Origin: Candidatus Poriferihabitaceae bacterium
Lineage (GTDB): Bacteria; Pseudomonadota; Gammaproteobacteria; Arenicellales; Poriferihabitantaceae
NCBI GenBank assembly: GCA_965214625.1
Contig: OZ243962.1
Location: forward strand, 2,413,278 to 2,477,277
Length of the DNA stretch: 64,000 nt
Direction: 5' to 3'
The position numbers were made by a program, and so were the translations under genes. The notes beneath the pieces are model-generated. The model had not been told where the DNA came from, ran no database searches, and saw only the letters and a program-made list of their open reading frames with translations. Positions 19,317 to 27,671 of this stretch are shown here, piece by piece. The first letter of the stretch is position 1, and every line of letters starts with the position of its first letter.

Positions 19317-20468
19317 ATGAATGTAAACTGGAATTATCCGACCGCTGTCCGTGTCGGCGTCGGTCGTGTGAACGAGATTGCCGAAGTTTGTGCCGAGTTC
19401 GGCATCACAGCTCCTTTGCTGGTCACCGATCCCGGCTTGTCTGAAATGGGGATGGTGAGACAGCTCGTGGATGATTGTGAACAGGCCGCTTTGAAGATCA
19501 GGTTGTTCAGCGGGATCAAACCGAATCCCACCGGTGAGAATATCGAAGATGGCATGGTGGCTTATCGCAGTGGCCGGCATGACGGGATCATCGCACTGGG
19601 TGGCGGCAGCGGCCTGGATGCAGGCAAGGCCATTGCGGTGGCGGTGCATCAGCGTTGTACGCTGTGGGATCTGGAGGATGTCGGTGATAATTGGCTCAAT
19701 GCCGATCCTGATCGCATTCCGCCCATTATCGCCATCCCGACCACGGCGGGGACCGGGTCTGAAGTTGGCCGTGCCTCGGTCATTGTCAACGAACGAATGG
19801 AAAGAAAGGTGATTATCTTTCATCCCAAAATGCTGCCTGGCTGTGTGATTCTGGACCCTGAACTGACGACCGGCTTGCCGGCCAAGTTGACAGCCGCGAC
19901 CGGGATGGATGCGCTTTCACACAATCTTGAAGCGTTTTATTCTCCCGTTTATCATCCGATGGCGGCAGGCATCGCCATTGAAGGCATCCGGTTGATCAAG
20001 GAAAATCTGGTGCAGGCCGTTCAGGATGGAACGGACCGGGAGACACGGATGCAGATGCTGGTGGCCTCTTCGATGGGCGCCACCGCTTTTCAGAAAGGAC
20101 TCGGAGGGATGCATGCGCTGGCTCATCCACTGGGCGCGATCTATGATGCACACCATGGTACGCTCAATGCCATATTGATGCCCTATGTGCTGATCGCGAA
20201 TCGTGCTGCGATTGAAGCATCAACCGTCCGGTTGGCACGCTATTTGGGATTGGCACCGGATTTCGATGGGCTGCTGGACTGGGTCGTCACCTTGAGAAAG
20301 GAGATCGGTATTCCCAATGACTTGCGCCAGATCGGCATTGATCAGACCCGGTTAGAGGATATTGGAGAGATGGCGGTTGCCGATCCGTCGGCCTCGACCA
20401 ATCCGATTCGGTTCAGCGCCAAAGCGTATAGCGAAATTGCGCTGAAAGCGGTCAAGGGCACTCTTTAG
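19317..20468 (+). CDS. Iron-containing (group III) alcohol dehydrogenase
   Basis: ORF 19260..20468. Start moved to the ATG at 19317 (AGGAG SD upstream; MNVNWNYPTAVRVGVGRV is a typical Fe-ADH N-terminus). GGGSGLDAGKA motif and His-rich metal site HALAHPLGAIYDAHHG. Confidence 0.88.
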   Translation: MNVNWNYPTAVRVGVGRVNEIAEVCAEFGITAPLLVTDPGLSEMGMVRQLVDDCEQAALKIRLFSGIKPNPTGENIEDGMVAYRSGRHDGIIALGGGSGLDAGKAIAVAVHQRCTLWDLEDVGDNWLNADPDRIPPIIAIPTTAGTGSEVGRASVIVNERMERKVIIFHPKMLPGCVILDPELTTGLPAKLTAATGMDALSHNLEAFYSPVYHPMAAGIAIEGIRLIKENLVQAVQDGTDRETRMQMLVASSMGATAFQKGLGGMHALAHPLGAIYDAHHGTLNAILMPYVLIANRAAIEASTVRLARYLGLAPDFDGLLDWVVTLRKEIGIPNDLRQIGIDQTRLEDIGEMAVADPSASTNPIRFSAKAYSEIALKAVKGTL

Positions 20469-20644
20469 GGCAACTGGGACAGTACGGAAGGTCAATGCCG
20501 TATTCCCACATCGGACACACGCCTGCTACCGCCCGCGGTTCAGCCAAACATCACAAGGTCGCGAGCGGATCATCGACGATATGCCGCGGTCATTGTTAAT
20601 GCTGTTCCGCTGCTTTTCGAGCACCCTGACGGGCGGTGAACGGA

Positions 20645-21274
20645 CTAGCGACGGGTCGCGACCACGAGCCAGCCCGGGCGGTCCAGGGATGCCATGTAAT
20701 TGTGCCGCTCCTGAACATGGATTTGCCATATTCCGCGTGTCTCCAACCGGCGAAAGTGGTCCGGGTAATCCTCCTTGAGATAAAACTGTTCGTTCAGGAA
20801 CAGGACCACCAGTCCCTGTGAGCGGACGGTTCGCAGCATTTCATCAAGATGGGCGGGGTGCAGGTGACCGGCCGCAAAAGAGCCGACGCAAATCATGCTG
20901 TCGTAATGACCATCATCGATCGCAATCGGCCGGGTCAGATCGGCTTTAACAAGATGTCGATAGACTTTTTTGGTTCGGGCGACGGACAGCATGCCGGCTG
21001 AAATGTCCATACCGTCCAGGCATTCAAAGCCACGGGCGGCGAGCAGTTCACCGACGATCCCGGTGCCGCATCCGTAATCAACAATGGCGCAATCAGTCTG
21101 CTGCGTGTTGGCACAGAACGCGTCAACCGCAATTTGAGGCGCAATATATTGATAGTCCCCGGTCAGATTCTGATCGTATTCTCTTGACCAGTCATCGTAA
21201 ATCCGCTCTGAACTGTCATCGGATTTCAATGCTTCCAGTGCCGCGAGGTGACCGGCCAGTTTGTTTTTGTTCAC
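20645..21274 (-). CDS. Class I SAM-dependent methyltransferase
   Basis: 209-aa ORF. Motif I VDYGCGTG, followed by an acidic post-I residue (LDGMDIS). Confidence 0.78.
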   Translation of the reverse strand: MNKNKLAGHLAALEALKSDDSSERIYDDWSREYDQNLTGDYQYIAPQIAVDAFCANTQQTDCAIVDYGCGTGIVGELLAARGFECLDGMDISAGMLSVARTKKVYRHLVKADLTRPIAIDDGHYDSMICVGSFAAGHLHPAHLDEMLRTVRSQGLVVLFLNEQFYLKEDYPDHFRRLETRGIWQIHVQERHNYMASLDRPGWLVVATRR

Positions 21275-21387
21275 GTGGCTCGTGTCCTGTGGTTATGGTG
21301 TCAGTTCCAGTCGGTAGTGTACCTTATTTACGGGAGCGGGTCGGTCAGTCACGATGGCCTCGTTGCGATCCGGTTGCAGGTTTTATA

Positions 21388-21416
21388 TTGCAATACGAAT
21401 TGTTTTTATTTATATT
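21388..21416 (+). promoter_or_regulatory. Candidate sigma70 promoter of the iron ABC operon (TTGCAA-17 nt-TATATT) in an A/T-rich, weakly Fur-box-like stretch
   Basis: -35 at 21388-21393 and -10 at 21411-21416 with a 17-nt spacer, 37 nt upstream of the ATG at 21453. TGCAATACGAATTGTTTTT matches about 10 of 19 positions of GATAATGATAATCATTATC by eye. Confidence 0.35.
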
Positions 21417-21452
21417 CTTGTTTTCTGATAACAAGCAAGTGAGAAGTAGTTT

Positions 21453-22532
21453 ATGTTGCGCAAGCATGTGTATCCGAAACACCGCCATTCAATGGATGAA
21501 AAATGGTCATTGACTTCCGTTCTTTGTCTGGTTGTGTGCATCGGGCTGGGATTGAACAGCGCGTCAGTGTCTGCCGGGGCAGAAGAGATCAATATCTACT
21601 CGGCACGCAAGGAAGCGCTGATTCTACCGCTTCTTGAACGATTCAGGGAAAAAACCGGGATCCCTTTTCGGTTGGTTACCGGCAAGGCGGACGGGCTGTT
21701 GAAGCGCATCGAAATTGAGGGCGAGGCAACCCCCGCCGATCTGTTTATCACGGTGGATGCAGGTCGACTGCAACGGGCGAAATCCGCCGGGATATTACAG
21801 CCGATTGACAATCCGGTATTGATCAAGACGATCCCTGAGTACCTGCGTGACAAGGACAATTACTGGTTCGGATTGTCGCGTCGAGCCCGCGTGATTTTTT
21901 ATGCCAAGGCGCGTGTTTCTTTCTCGGAACTGTCGACTTACGAGGCACTGGCCGATGCAAAGTGGCATAATCGCCTGTGCATCCGATCATCCAGCAATAT
22001 CTACAACCAGTCGCTGGTGGCCTCAATGATTGCGCACCTCGGTATCAAGCAAACCGAAGCGTGGGCGAAGGGACTGGTCACCAATTTTGCACGCAAACCG
22101 GGCGGTGGCGATACCGACCAACTGCGTGCGGTTGCCGCCGGTCAGTGTGATGTGACGCTTGTCAATACCTATTATTTCGGTCGTTTGGCCAATAGTGACC
22201 ATGCTGAGGACCGAGCGGTCGCTGAAAGGGTTGGGCTGTTTTGGCCGAATCAGAAGGGTCGGGGTGCCCATGTGAACATTAGCGGGGCGGGTATCACCAA
22301 GCATGCGAAAAATCCCGATGCGGCACAACGATTGCTGGAATTCTTGATCCAGCCGGATTCCCAGAGTTGGTATGCCGAGGTCAACAACGAGTTTCCAGTG
22401 GTCCCTGATGCACCCGTTTCCAAGTTGATGCGCTCTTTCGGTTCATTCAAGTCCGATACGCTGAATCTGACCCTGCTGGGGGAAAACAACAAGGAGGCAC
22501 TGCAATTGATGGACCGTGCCGGCTGGAAATAG
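21453..22532 (+). CDS. Fe(3+)-type ABC transporter periplasmic binding protein (FbpA/AfuA-like)
   Basis: 359-aa ORF with a signal peptide. INIYSARKEALILPLLERFREKTGI...PADLFITVDAGRLQRA pattern of ferric-binding family-1 solute-binding proteins. Confidence 0.8.
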   Translation: MLRKHVYPKHRHSMDEKWSLTSVLCLVVCIGLGLNSASVSAGAEEINIYSARKEALILPLLERFREKTGIPFRLVTGKADGLLKRIEIEGEATPADLFITVDAGRLQRAKSAGILQPIDNPVLIKTIPEYLRDKDNYWFGLSRRARVIFYAKARVSFSELSTYEALADAKWHNRLCIRSSSNIYNQSLVASMIAHLGIKQTEAWAKGLVTNFARKPGGGDTDQLRAVAAGQCDVTLVNTYYFGRLANSDHAEDRAVAERVGLFWPNQKGRGAHVNISGAGITKHAKNPDAAQRLLEFLIQPDSQSWYAEVNNEFPVVPDAPVSKLMRSFGSFKSDTLNLTLLGENNKEALQLMDRAGWK

Positions 22533-22795
22533 GTTGGCCATCAGCCACTGAACGGGTGGTCATCATCTTCCGGTCTTGATGGACACGCGGAAAACGACAT
22601 GACGGAACGACTGCCAAGCATGGGCGGGGGCATTCGTCGCTGCTGGCATGGAAACCCGAAGACCTGTTGAAACGGTCGACAGGCTGTGCATAATGCGAAC
22701 GATTTGCAACCCGATCCGGTCGTTTTGGAAGATCATGCATTTATCAACGAATCCTGCATGGCAGGGTCGAGACAGTCGTATCGCCGGACCGGACG

Positions 22796-24478
22796 ATGAA
22801 TACCGTTGTGCTTGCCAGAAATGATGGGCGTGTCGTGAGACGTACCGTCAGTGGATGGATGCTGGTCAGCGTCGGTGTGACATTGATGGTGCTCACCCCG
22901 ATCATTACCATTTGTGCCTTTTTGTTTGCACCTGCCAGCGAGAACTGGGCGCATCTGGTGGGAACGGTATTACCGGACTATGTGAAAAATTCCTTGATTC
23001 TGATGCTGGGTGTTGCCCTTGGTGCGGGCAGTATCGGAACCACGACGGCCTGGCTGACCAGCATGTACCAGTTTCCTGGACGGGGAGTATTGATCTGGGC
23101 ACTGTTATTGCCTCTCGCCATGCCTGCCTATATCATCGCCTATACTTATACCGGCATGCTGGAGGTCAGCGGACCGCTGCAGGAGTGGATTCGTGTCTAT
23201 TTCGGGGTGGAGTATGGTGAATACTGGTTTCCCGAGGTCCGTTCGATCAGTGGGGCCATCGTCATGTTTTCATTGGTTTTATATCCTTATGTTTACCTGC
23301 TGGCGCGTGCCGGATTTCTGGATCAGTCGGTGTGTGTGCTTGAAGTCAGTCGTTCACTTGGTTGCGGCCCCTGGCGCAGTTTTGCAACTGTTGCCTTGCC
23401 ACTGGCACGTCCGGCCATCGTCGCGGGCCTGTCACTGGTTTTGATGGAGACACTGGCTGATTTCGGGGTGGTGCAATACTTTGGGGTCAGTACCTTCACG
23501 ACGGGTATTTTCCGCACTTGGTTCGGTATGCACGATACGGTGGCGGCGGCACAGCTCTCCGTCCTGTTGATGCTTTTTGTTTTCGCACTGATTATGCTCG
23601 AGCGAGGGTCACGGCGCCGTGCCCGCTTTCATCATACCACCAATCGCTATCAGCGATTGCCGGAAGTTCAACTGACCCGGGGTAAAGCCTGGTGTGCGAC
23701 GGTGGCCTGTGTTTTACCGCTGATATTCGGTTTTGTGGTGCCGGTCGTGCAGCTTGGACAGTGGGCAATACTGACCTTTGACCAGATGGTCGATGATCAT
23801 TTTGTTGAACTGGCCAGCAACAGCTTTTTGCTGGCCGGTGCCGCCGCAGTGGTTACGCTGGTTCCGGCACTGTTGCTTGGCTACGGCAACCGTATCGCAC
23901 CGTCCTTGGCAATGCGTTTTTGTACCCGACTGGCGGCGATGGGTTATGCGATACCGGGAACGGTGATCGCGGTTGGCGTGCTGATCCCCTTCGGCCTGTT
24001 CGACAATGCCATCAATCGCTGGACGCTGGCCCACTTTGATCTCGGTACCGGTCTGTTATTCAGCGGGACCGTGTTCATTCTCCTGTTCGCCTATATGGTG
24101 CGTTTTCTTGCCGTTTCCCTGCAAACGGTCGAGGCGGGCCTGGGGAAGATCAAACCGTCGATGGACGAAGCGGCACGGTCTATGGGCCATGCACATGCAA
24201 GCGTGCTCAGATACGTGCATTTGCCGATTGTAAAGGGCAGTCTGTTGACCGCCTTGCTCATTGTGTTTGTCGATGTGTTAAAGGAACTGCCCGCCACACT
24301 GGTCTTGCGTCCCTTTGATTTCAATACGCTGGCGGTGCGTGCGTACGAACTCGCTTCGGATGAACGACTTGCCGATTCGTCTACCGCGGCGCTGGCCATT
24401 GTTGCGGTGGGTGTGATTCCCGTGATACTGCTGAGTGTCACGATCAGTCGATCACGGGCCGGGAGTCGCAGCCTATGA
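22796..24478 (+). CDS. Fe(3+)-type ABC transporter permease (duplicated 2 x 6 TM, FbpB-like)
   Basis: 560-aa polytopic ORF of the fused double-permease type. ATGA overlap with the downstream ATPase gene. Confidence 0.82.
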   Translation: MNTVVLARNDGRVVRRTVSGWMLVSVGVTLMVLTPIITICAFLFAPASENWAHLVGTVLPDYVKNSLILMLGVALGAGSIGTTTAWLTSMYQFPGRGVLIWALLLPLAMPAYIIAYTYTGMLEVSGPLQEWIRVYFGVEYGEYWFPEVRSISGAIVMFSLVLYPYVYLLARAGFLDQSVCVLEVSRSLGCGPWRSFATVALPLARPAIVAGLSLVLMETLADFGVVQYFGVSTFTTGIFRTWFGMHDTVAAAQLSVLLMLFVFALIMLERGSRRRARFHHTTNRYQRLPEVQLTRGKAWCATVACVLPLIFGFVVPVVQLGQWAILTFDQMVDDHFVELASNSFLLAGAAAVVTLVPALLLGYGNRIAPSLAMRFCTRLAAMGYAIPGTVIAVGVLIPFGLFDNAINRWTLAHFDLGTGLLFSGTVFILLFAYMVRFLAVSLQTVEAGLGKIKPSMDEAARSMGHAHASVLRYVHLPIVKGSLLTALLIVFVDVLKELPATLVLRPFDFNTLAVRAYELASDERLADSSTAALAIVAVGVIPVILLSVTISRSRAGSRSL

Positions 24479-25521
24479 TGAATCACCTGAAACTGTCCGA
24501 TATCAGCGTGGATCTCAAGGATCAGCGCATTGTTGACAATGTCAGCATTAGCCTCAACAGCGGGCAGATTGGCAGTCTTCTCGGTCCGAGCGGGTGTGGC
24601 AAGACCACCTTGCTGCGCATGATTGCCGGTTTTGAAAAGCCGATCAAGGGCAATGTCCATTTGCGTGATCAGTTGATTACCGATGCCTCTCATGTCGTCC
24701 CTCCCGAGCATCGACGGATCGGCATGGTATTTCAGGACCTGGCGCTTTTCCCTCATCTCACGGTGGTTGGAAATGTCGGTTTCGGAATTCGTCATCAATC
24801 CAACAAGGCCCGTCTCTCACGTGTCGAAGCGTTGCTGGACCTGGTGGGGTTGAGACGCTATGCACAAAGCTATCCACACGAACTGTCAGGTGGACAGCAG
24901 CAGCGCGTCGCCTTGATTCGCGCCATGGCTCCCCGTCCGGATATGTTGCTGTTGGATGAGCCGTTCAGCGGTCAGGATATTGAACTTCGTGAACAGTTGG
25001 CACAGGAAGTCAGAGACATCCTGCTCCATGACGGCGTAACGGCATTGCTTGTGACGCATGACCAACATGAAGCGTTTGCGTTTGCCGATGTGATCGGTGT
25101 GATGAATTACGGTCATCTGCACCAGTGGGACAGTGCCTATAACCTCTATCACCGGCCCGCGGACCGCTTTGTGGCTGATTTTATCGGACAAGGCGTTTTT
25201 GTACGCGGACGTGTACTTGATTATGAGCGGGTGCAAACCGAACTCGGTATTGTCAGCGGAGAAATGATCAGTCATTTTTCACCGGGCACCGATGTCGATT
25301 TGCTGATCAGACCGGACGATGTCCTGCATGATGACCTGAGTCCCAAGATGGCCACGGTCGAAGCAAAATCTTTTCGTGGGGCCGATCACCTCTACACACT
25401 GCGCCTATCGGGATCGGTACGTGTTCTTTGCCTGGCACCGAGCCACCATAATCATGACATCGGTGAGCAGATCGGAATCAAACTGGAGCTGGATCATCTG
25501 GTGGTCTTCGCCCATGAGTGA
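24475..25521 (+). CDS. ABC transporter ATP-binding protein (FbpC-like)
   Basis: 348-aa ORF. Walker A GPSGCGKT, signature LSGGQQQRVAL, Walker B LLLDEP, and a C-terminal TOBE-like regulatory domain. Confidence 0.9.
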   Translation: MMNHLKLSDISVDLKDQRIVDNVSISLNSGQIGSLLGPSGCGKTTLLRMIAGFEKPIKGNVHLRDQLITDASHVVPPEHRRIGMVFQDLALFPHLTVVGNVGFGIRHQSNKARLSRVEALLDLVGLRRYAQSYPHELSGGQQQRVALIRAMAPRPDMLLLDEPFSGQDIELREQLAQEVRDILLHDGVTALLVTHDQHEAFAFADVIGVMNYGHLHQWDSAYNLYHRPADRFVADFIGQGVFVRGRVLDYERVQTELGIVSGEMISHFSPGTDVDLLIRPDDVLHDDLSPKMATVEAKSFRGADHLYTLRLSGSVRVLCLAPSHHNHDIGEQIGIKLELDHLVVFAHE

Positions 25522-25601
25522 GGCTTCCCCCATGTGACACTGCGAAGGCGGTTCTTGGAATCGAATGGGAAACGCAGGTCGGTTGTGCTGCTGTTTGCAA
25601 G

Positions 25602-25657
25602 CGTGATATTGCCGCATGATTCGGAATCTGCAATACTGCTCATGCGGCAATATCACG
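25602..25657. repeat. 18-bp perfect inverted repeat (CGTGATATTGCCGCATGA ... TCATGCGGCAATATCACG) with a 20-nt spacer
   Basis: Arms at 25602-25619 and 25640-25657 read directly from the sequence. Located 81 nt after the ABC ATPase stop and 107 nt before the TauD-like start. No U-tract. Confidence 0.8.
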
Positions 25658-25763
25658 GTCATGCTGTGAGTGTTTTCAAAGTGATGCGCGGGGCGCTCCT
25701 GATACCACTGAGACGGTACGGCAGGCGATTCATAGTGGGTGTATCAAGTGATAGGTAGGTGGG

Positions 25764-26717
25764 GTGATGAGAGGCGAAAATAAAGGCCGGTCGACGGGAA
25801 CCGTCCGGGTTGAGCCGATGACAGTTCATATTGGTGCGCTTGTGACAGGGGTTGATTTGGCCAGACCACTGTCGGCGAGCCAGCGGACTGCTATCCGGGA
25901 AGCGTTTTTGAAATGGAAGGTGATCTTTTTCAGGGATCAGAGACTCGACCACGATCAACATATTGCGTTTGCCCGGCAATTCGGGGAACTGACACCGGGC
26001 CATGTGGTGTTCGGCCATGCACCCGATTATCCTGAAATTTATCCGGTCACGAAAAACAGGACAGCATTCGCTGCACGCCCGTCTTCATCAAGAGTCTGGA
26101 CAGACTGGCATACGGACATCACCGCCGCCGTCAATCCGCCGTTGGGGTCGATACTGCGTGCTGTTGTCGTGCCTCCTTATGGGGGGGATACGCAATGGAT
26201 GAACATGGTGGCGGCGTTCAAGCAGTTATCCACCAAAATGCAGGCTTTTTTATCGACCTTGCGTTCGGTTCACCGATTCAAGTGGGCGCAAGATGGTCAG
26301 GCTGCCGATGCCTATAATGAACAGGTGCGCAGTCATCTGTTGCTGGCGGAACATCCGATGGTGACTGTTCATCCCGAAACCGGGGAACATGCACTGTATA
26401 CCAATCAGGAGTTCGTCAAGGAAATTGTGGGGCTGACACCCCGTGAAAGTGAACTTCTGCTGGAGTATCTCTGGGAGCATTGTGCGAAGCCGGAATTCAT
26501 GGTCCGGTTTCGATGGGAGGAGGGAAGTGTCGCATTTTGGGACAATCGTTCAACGCAACACATTGCGGTCAGGGATGTATACGATTCGGAGTTTGAAAGA
26601 GAGTTCTACCGGGTTACGTTGAATGGCGCAATACCGGTCGGCCCCGATGGCGTGTCTTCCGTCGGCCTGGCGGGCACACCGATTGAACCGGTACAGCGTG
26701 TCGATGCGCGAGCGTGA
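25764..26717 (+). CDS. TauD/TfdA-family Fe(II)/2-oxoglutarate dioxygenase
   Basis: 317-aa ORF. The N-terminus VEPMTVHIGALVTGVDLARPLS...FFRDQRLDHDQHIAFARQFGEL parallels the TauD N-terminus. WHTDITA (HxD iron site) is present. Confidence 0.82.
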   Translation: MMRGENKGRSTGTVRVEPMTVHIGALVTGVDLARPLSASQRTAIREAFLKWKVIFFRDQRLDHDQHIAFARQFGELTPGHVVFGHAPDYPEIYPVTKNRTAFAARPSSSRVWTDWHTDITAAVNPPLGSILRAVVVPPYGGDTQWMNMVAAFKQLSTKMQAFLSTLRSVHRFKWAQDGQAADAYNEQVRSHLLLAEHPMVTVHPETGEHALYTNQEFVKEIVGLTPRESELLLEYLWEHCAKPEFMVRFRWEEGSVAFWDNRSTQHIAVRDVYDSEFEREFYRVTLNGAIPVGPDGVSSVGLAGTPIEPVQRVDARA

Positions 26718-26723
26718 TTGACT

Positions 26724-27671
26724 TCACGTTGCTGCTGACGGGCGCCGGTGATTGAGGTAAGCTGCGCCAAACACGCCTGCACTGTCACCTAGTTCGGGCC
26801 GGACAATCTGGGTTTGCATTTCCCGATTGAAAACGTGGTGTGCGATCTCTTCCTTGCCGCGGGAGTAGATCAGATCCAGGTTGCCGACACCGCCGCCGAT
26901 CACGATCACATCAGGGTCCAGAATGTTGATGACACTGGCGACGCCCCGTCCGAAATGCCGCAAAAATCGATTGATCGTTGCCATCGCCTCGGGATGGCCG
27001 GCTGAAGACAATTGCGTGATCTTTGCAAGTGAACGGTGTTCCTGGGTCAGCGATTGATAGTGTTTTTCGATCGCGGGCCCGGAAAGCAGCGTCTCAACAC
27101 ATCCACGGCGACCGCAGTAGCAAGCCCCCCCGGAATCATCCAGAAAATTATGCCCCCATTCCCCGGCAATGGCCTGGCGGCCGGTAATCAGCTGGTTGTT
27201 AACCACCAGTCCCCCACCGACGCCCGTTCCCATGATAATACCGAAGACAACCTTGGCCCGGGGAGCAATCGATTTGACGATACCCATGCGTGTTTCTGCC
27301 AGCACAAAGCAATTGGCATCGTTTTCGATTGTGACCGGCATATCAAGCAGTGACTCCAGATCCCGTTTGATCGGCTTGTGATTGAGGTGCTGCGAGTTGC
27401 TTCCTCTTAGGATACCGGTGGCTGTATCCAGTGATCCGGGTGTTCCCATGCCGAGACATCGGGGCATTTCACCGACCTGGTCTGCCATCTGCTGCACAAG
27501 GTGTTGGATCTGACCGAGGACATGGGCATATCCCCGGTCCCCTTCGGTTGCAATCCGGATTCGACAGAGTGTTTCGGCACCGGCATTGGGGGGGATCACC
27601 ACCCCTTCTATTTTGGTTCCACCGACGTCAATACCCCACAGGGCTTCTTCGGCCGTGGTCAATCCGGTCAT
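26724..27671 (-). CDS. ROK-family sugar kinase (NagK/glucokinase-like)
   Basis: ORF 26724..27830. Start moved to the ATG at 27671, which overlaps the upstream stop (ATGA). GIDVGGTKIE ATP motif, ENDANCF, GTGVGGG, and the Zn motif CYCGRRGCVETLLSG. Confidence 0.83.
   Translation of the reverse strand: MTGLTTAEEALWGIDVGGTKIEGVVIPPNAGAETLCRIRIATEGDRGYAHVLGQIQHLVQQMADQVGEMPRCLGMGTPGSLDTATGILRGSNSQHLNHKPIKRDLESLLDMPVTIENDANCFVLAETRMGIVKSIAPRAKVVFGIIMGTGVGGGLVVNNQLITGRQAIAGEWGHNFLDDSGGACYCGRRGCVETLLSGPAIEKHYQSLTQEHRSLAKITQLSSAGHPEAMATINRFLRHFGRGVASVINILDPDVIVIGGGVGNLDLIYSRGKEEIAHHVFNREMQTQIVRPELGDSAGVFGAAYLNHRRPSAAT

Noticed and set aside
24091-24798. 235-codon ORF antisense to the junction of the iron ABC permease and ATPase genes
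   Set aside because: A shadow ORF. Both sense genes have clear family motifs and an ATGA coupling across this region.
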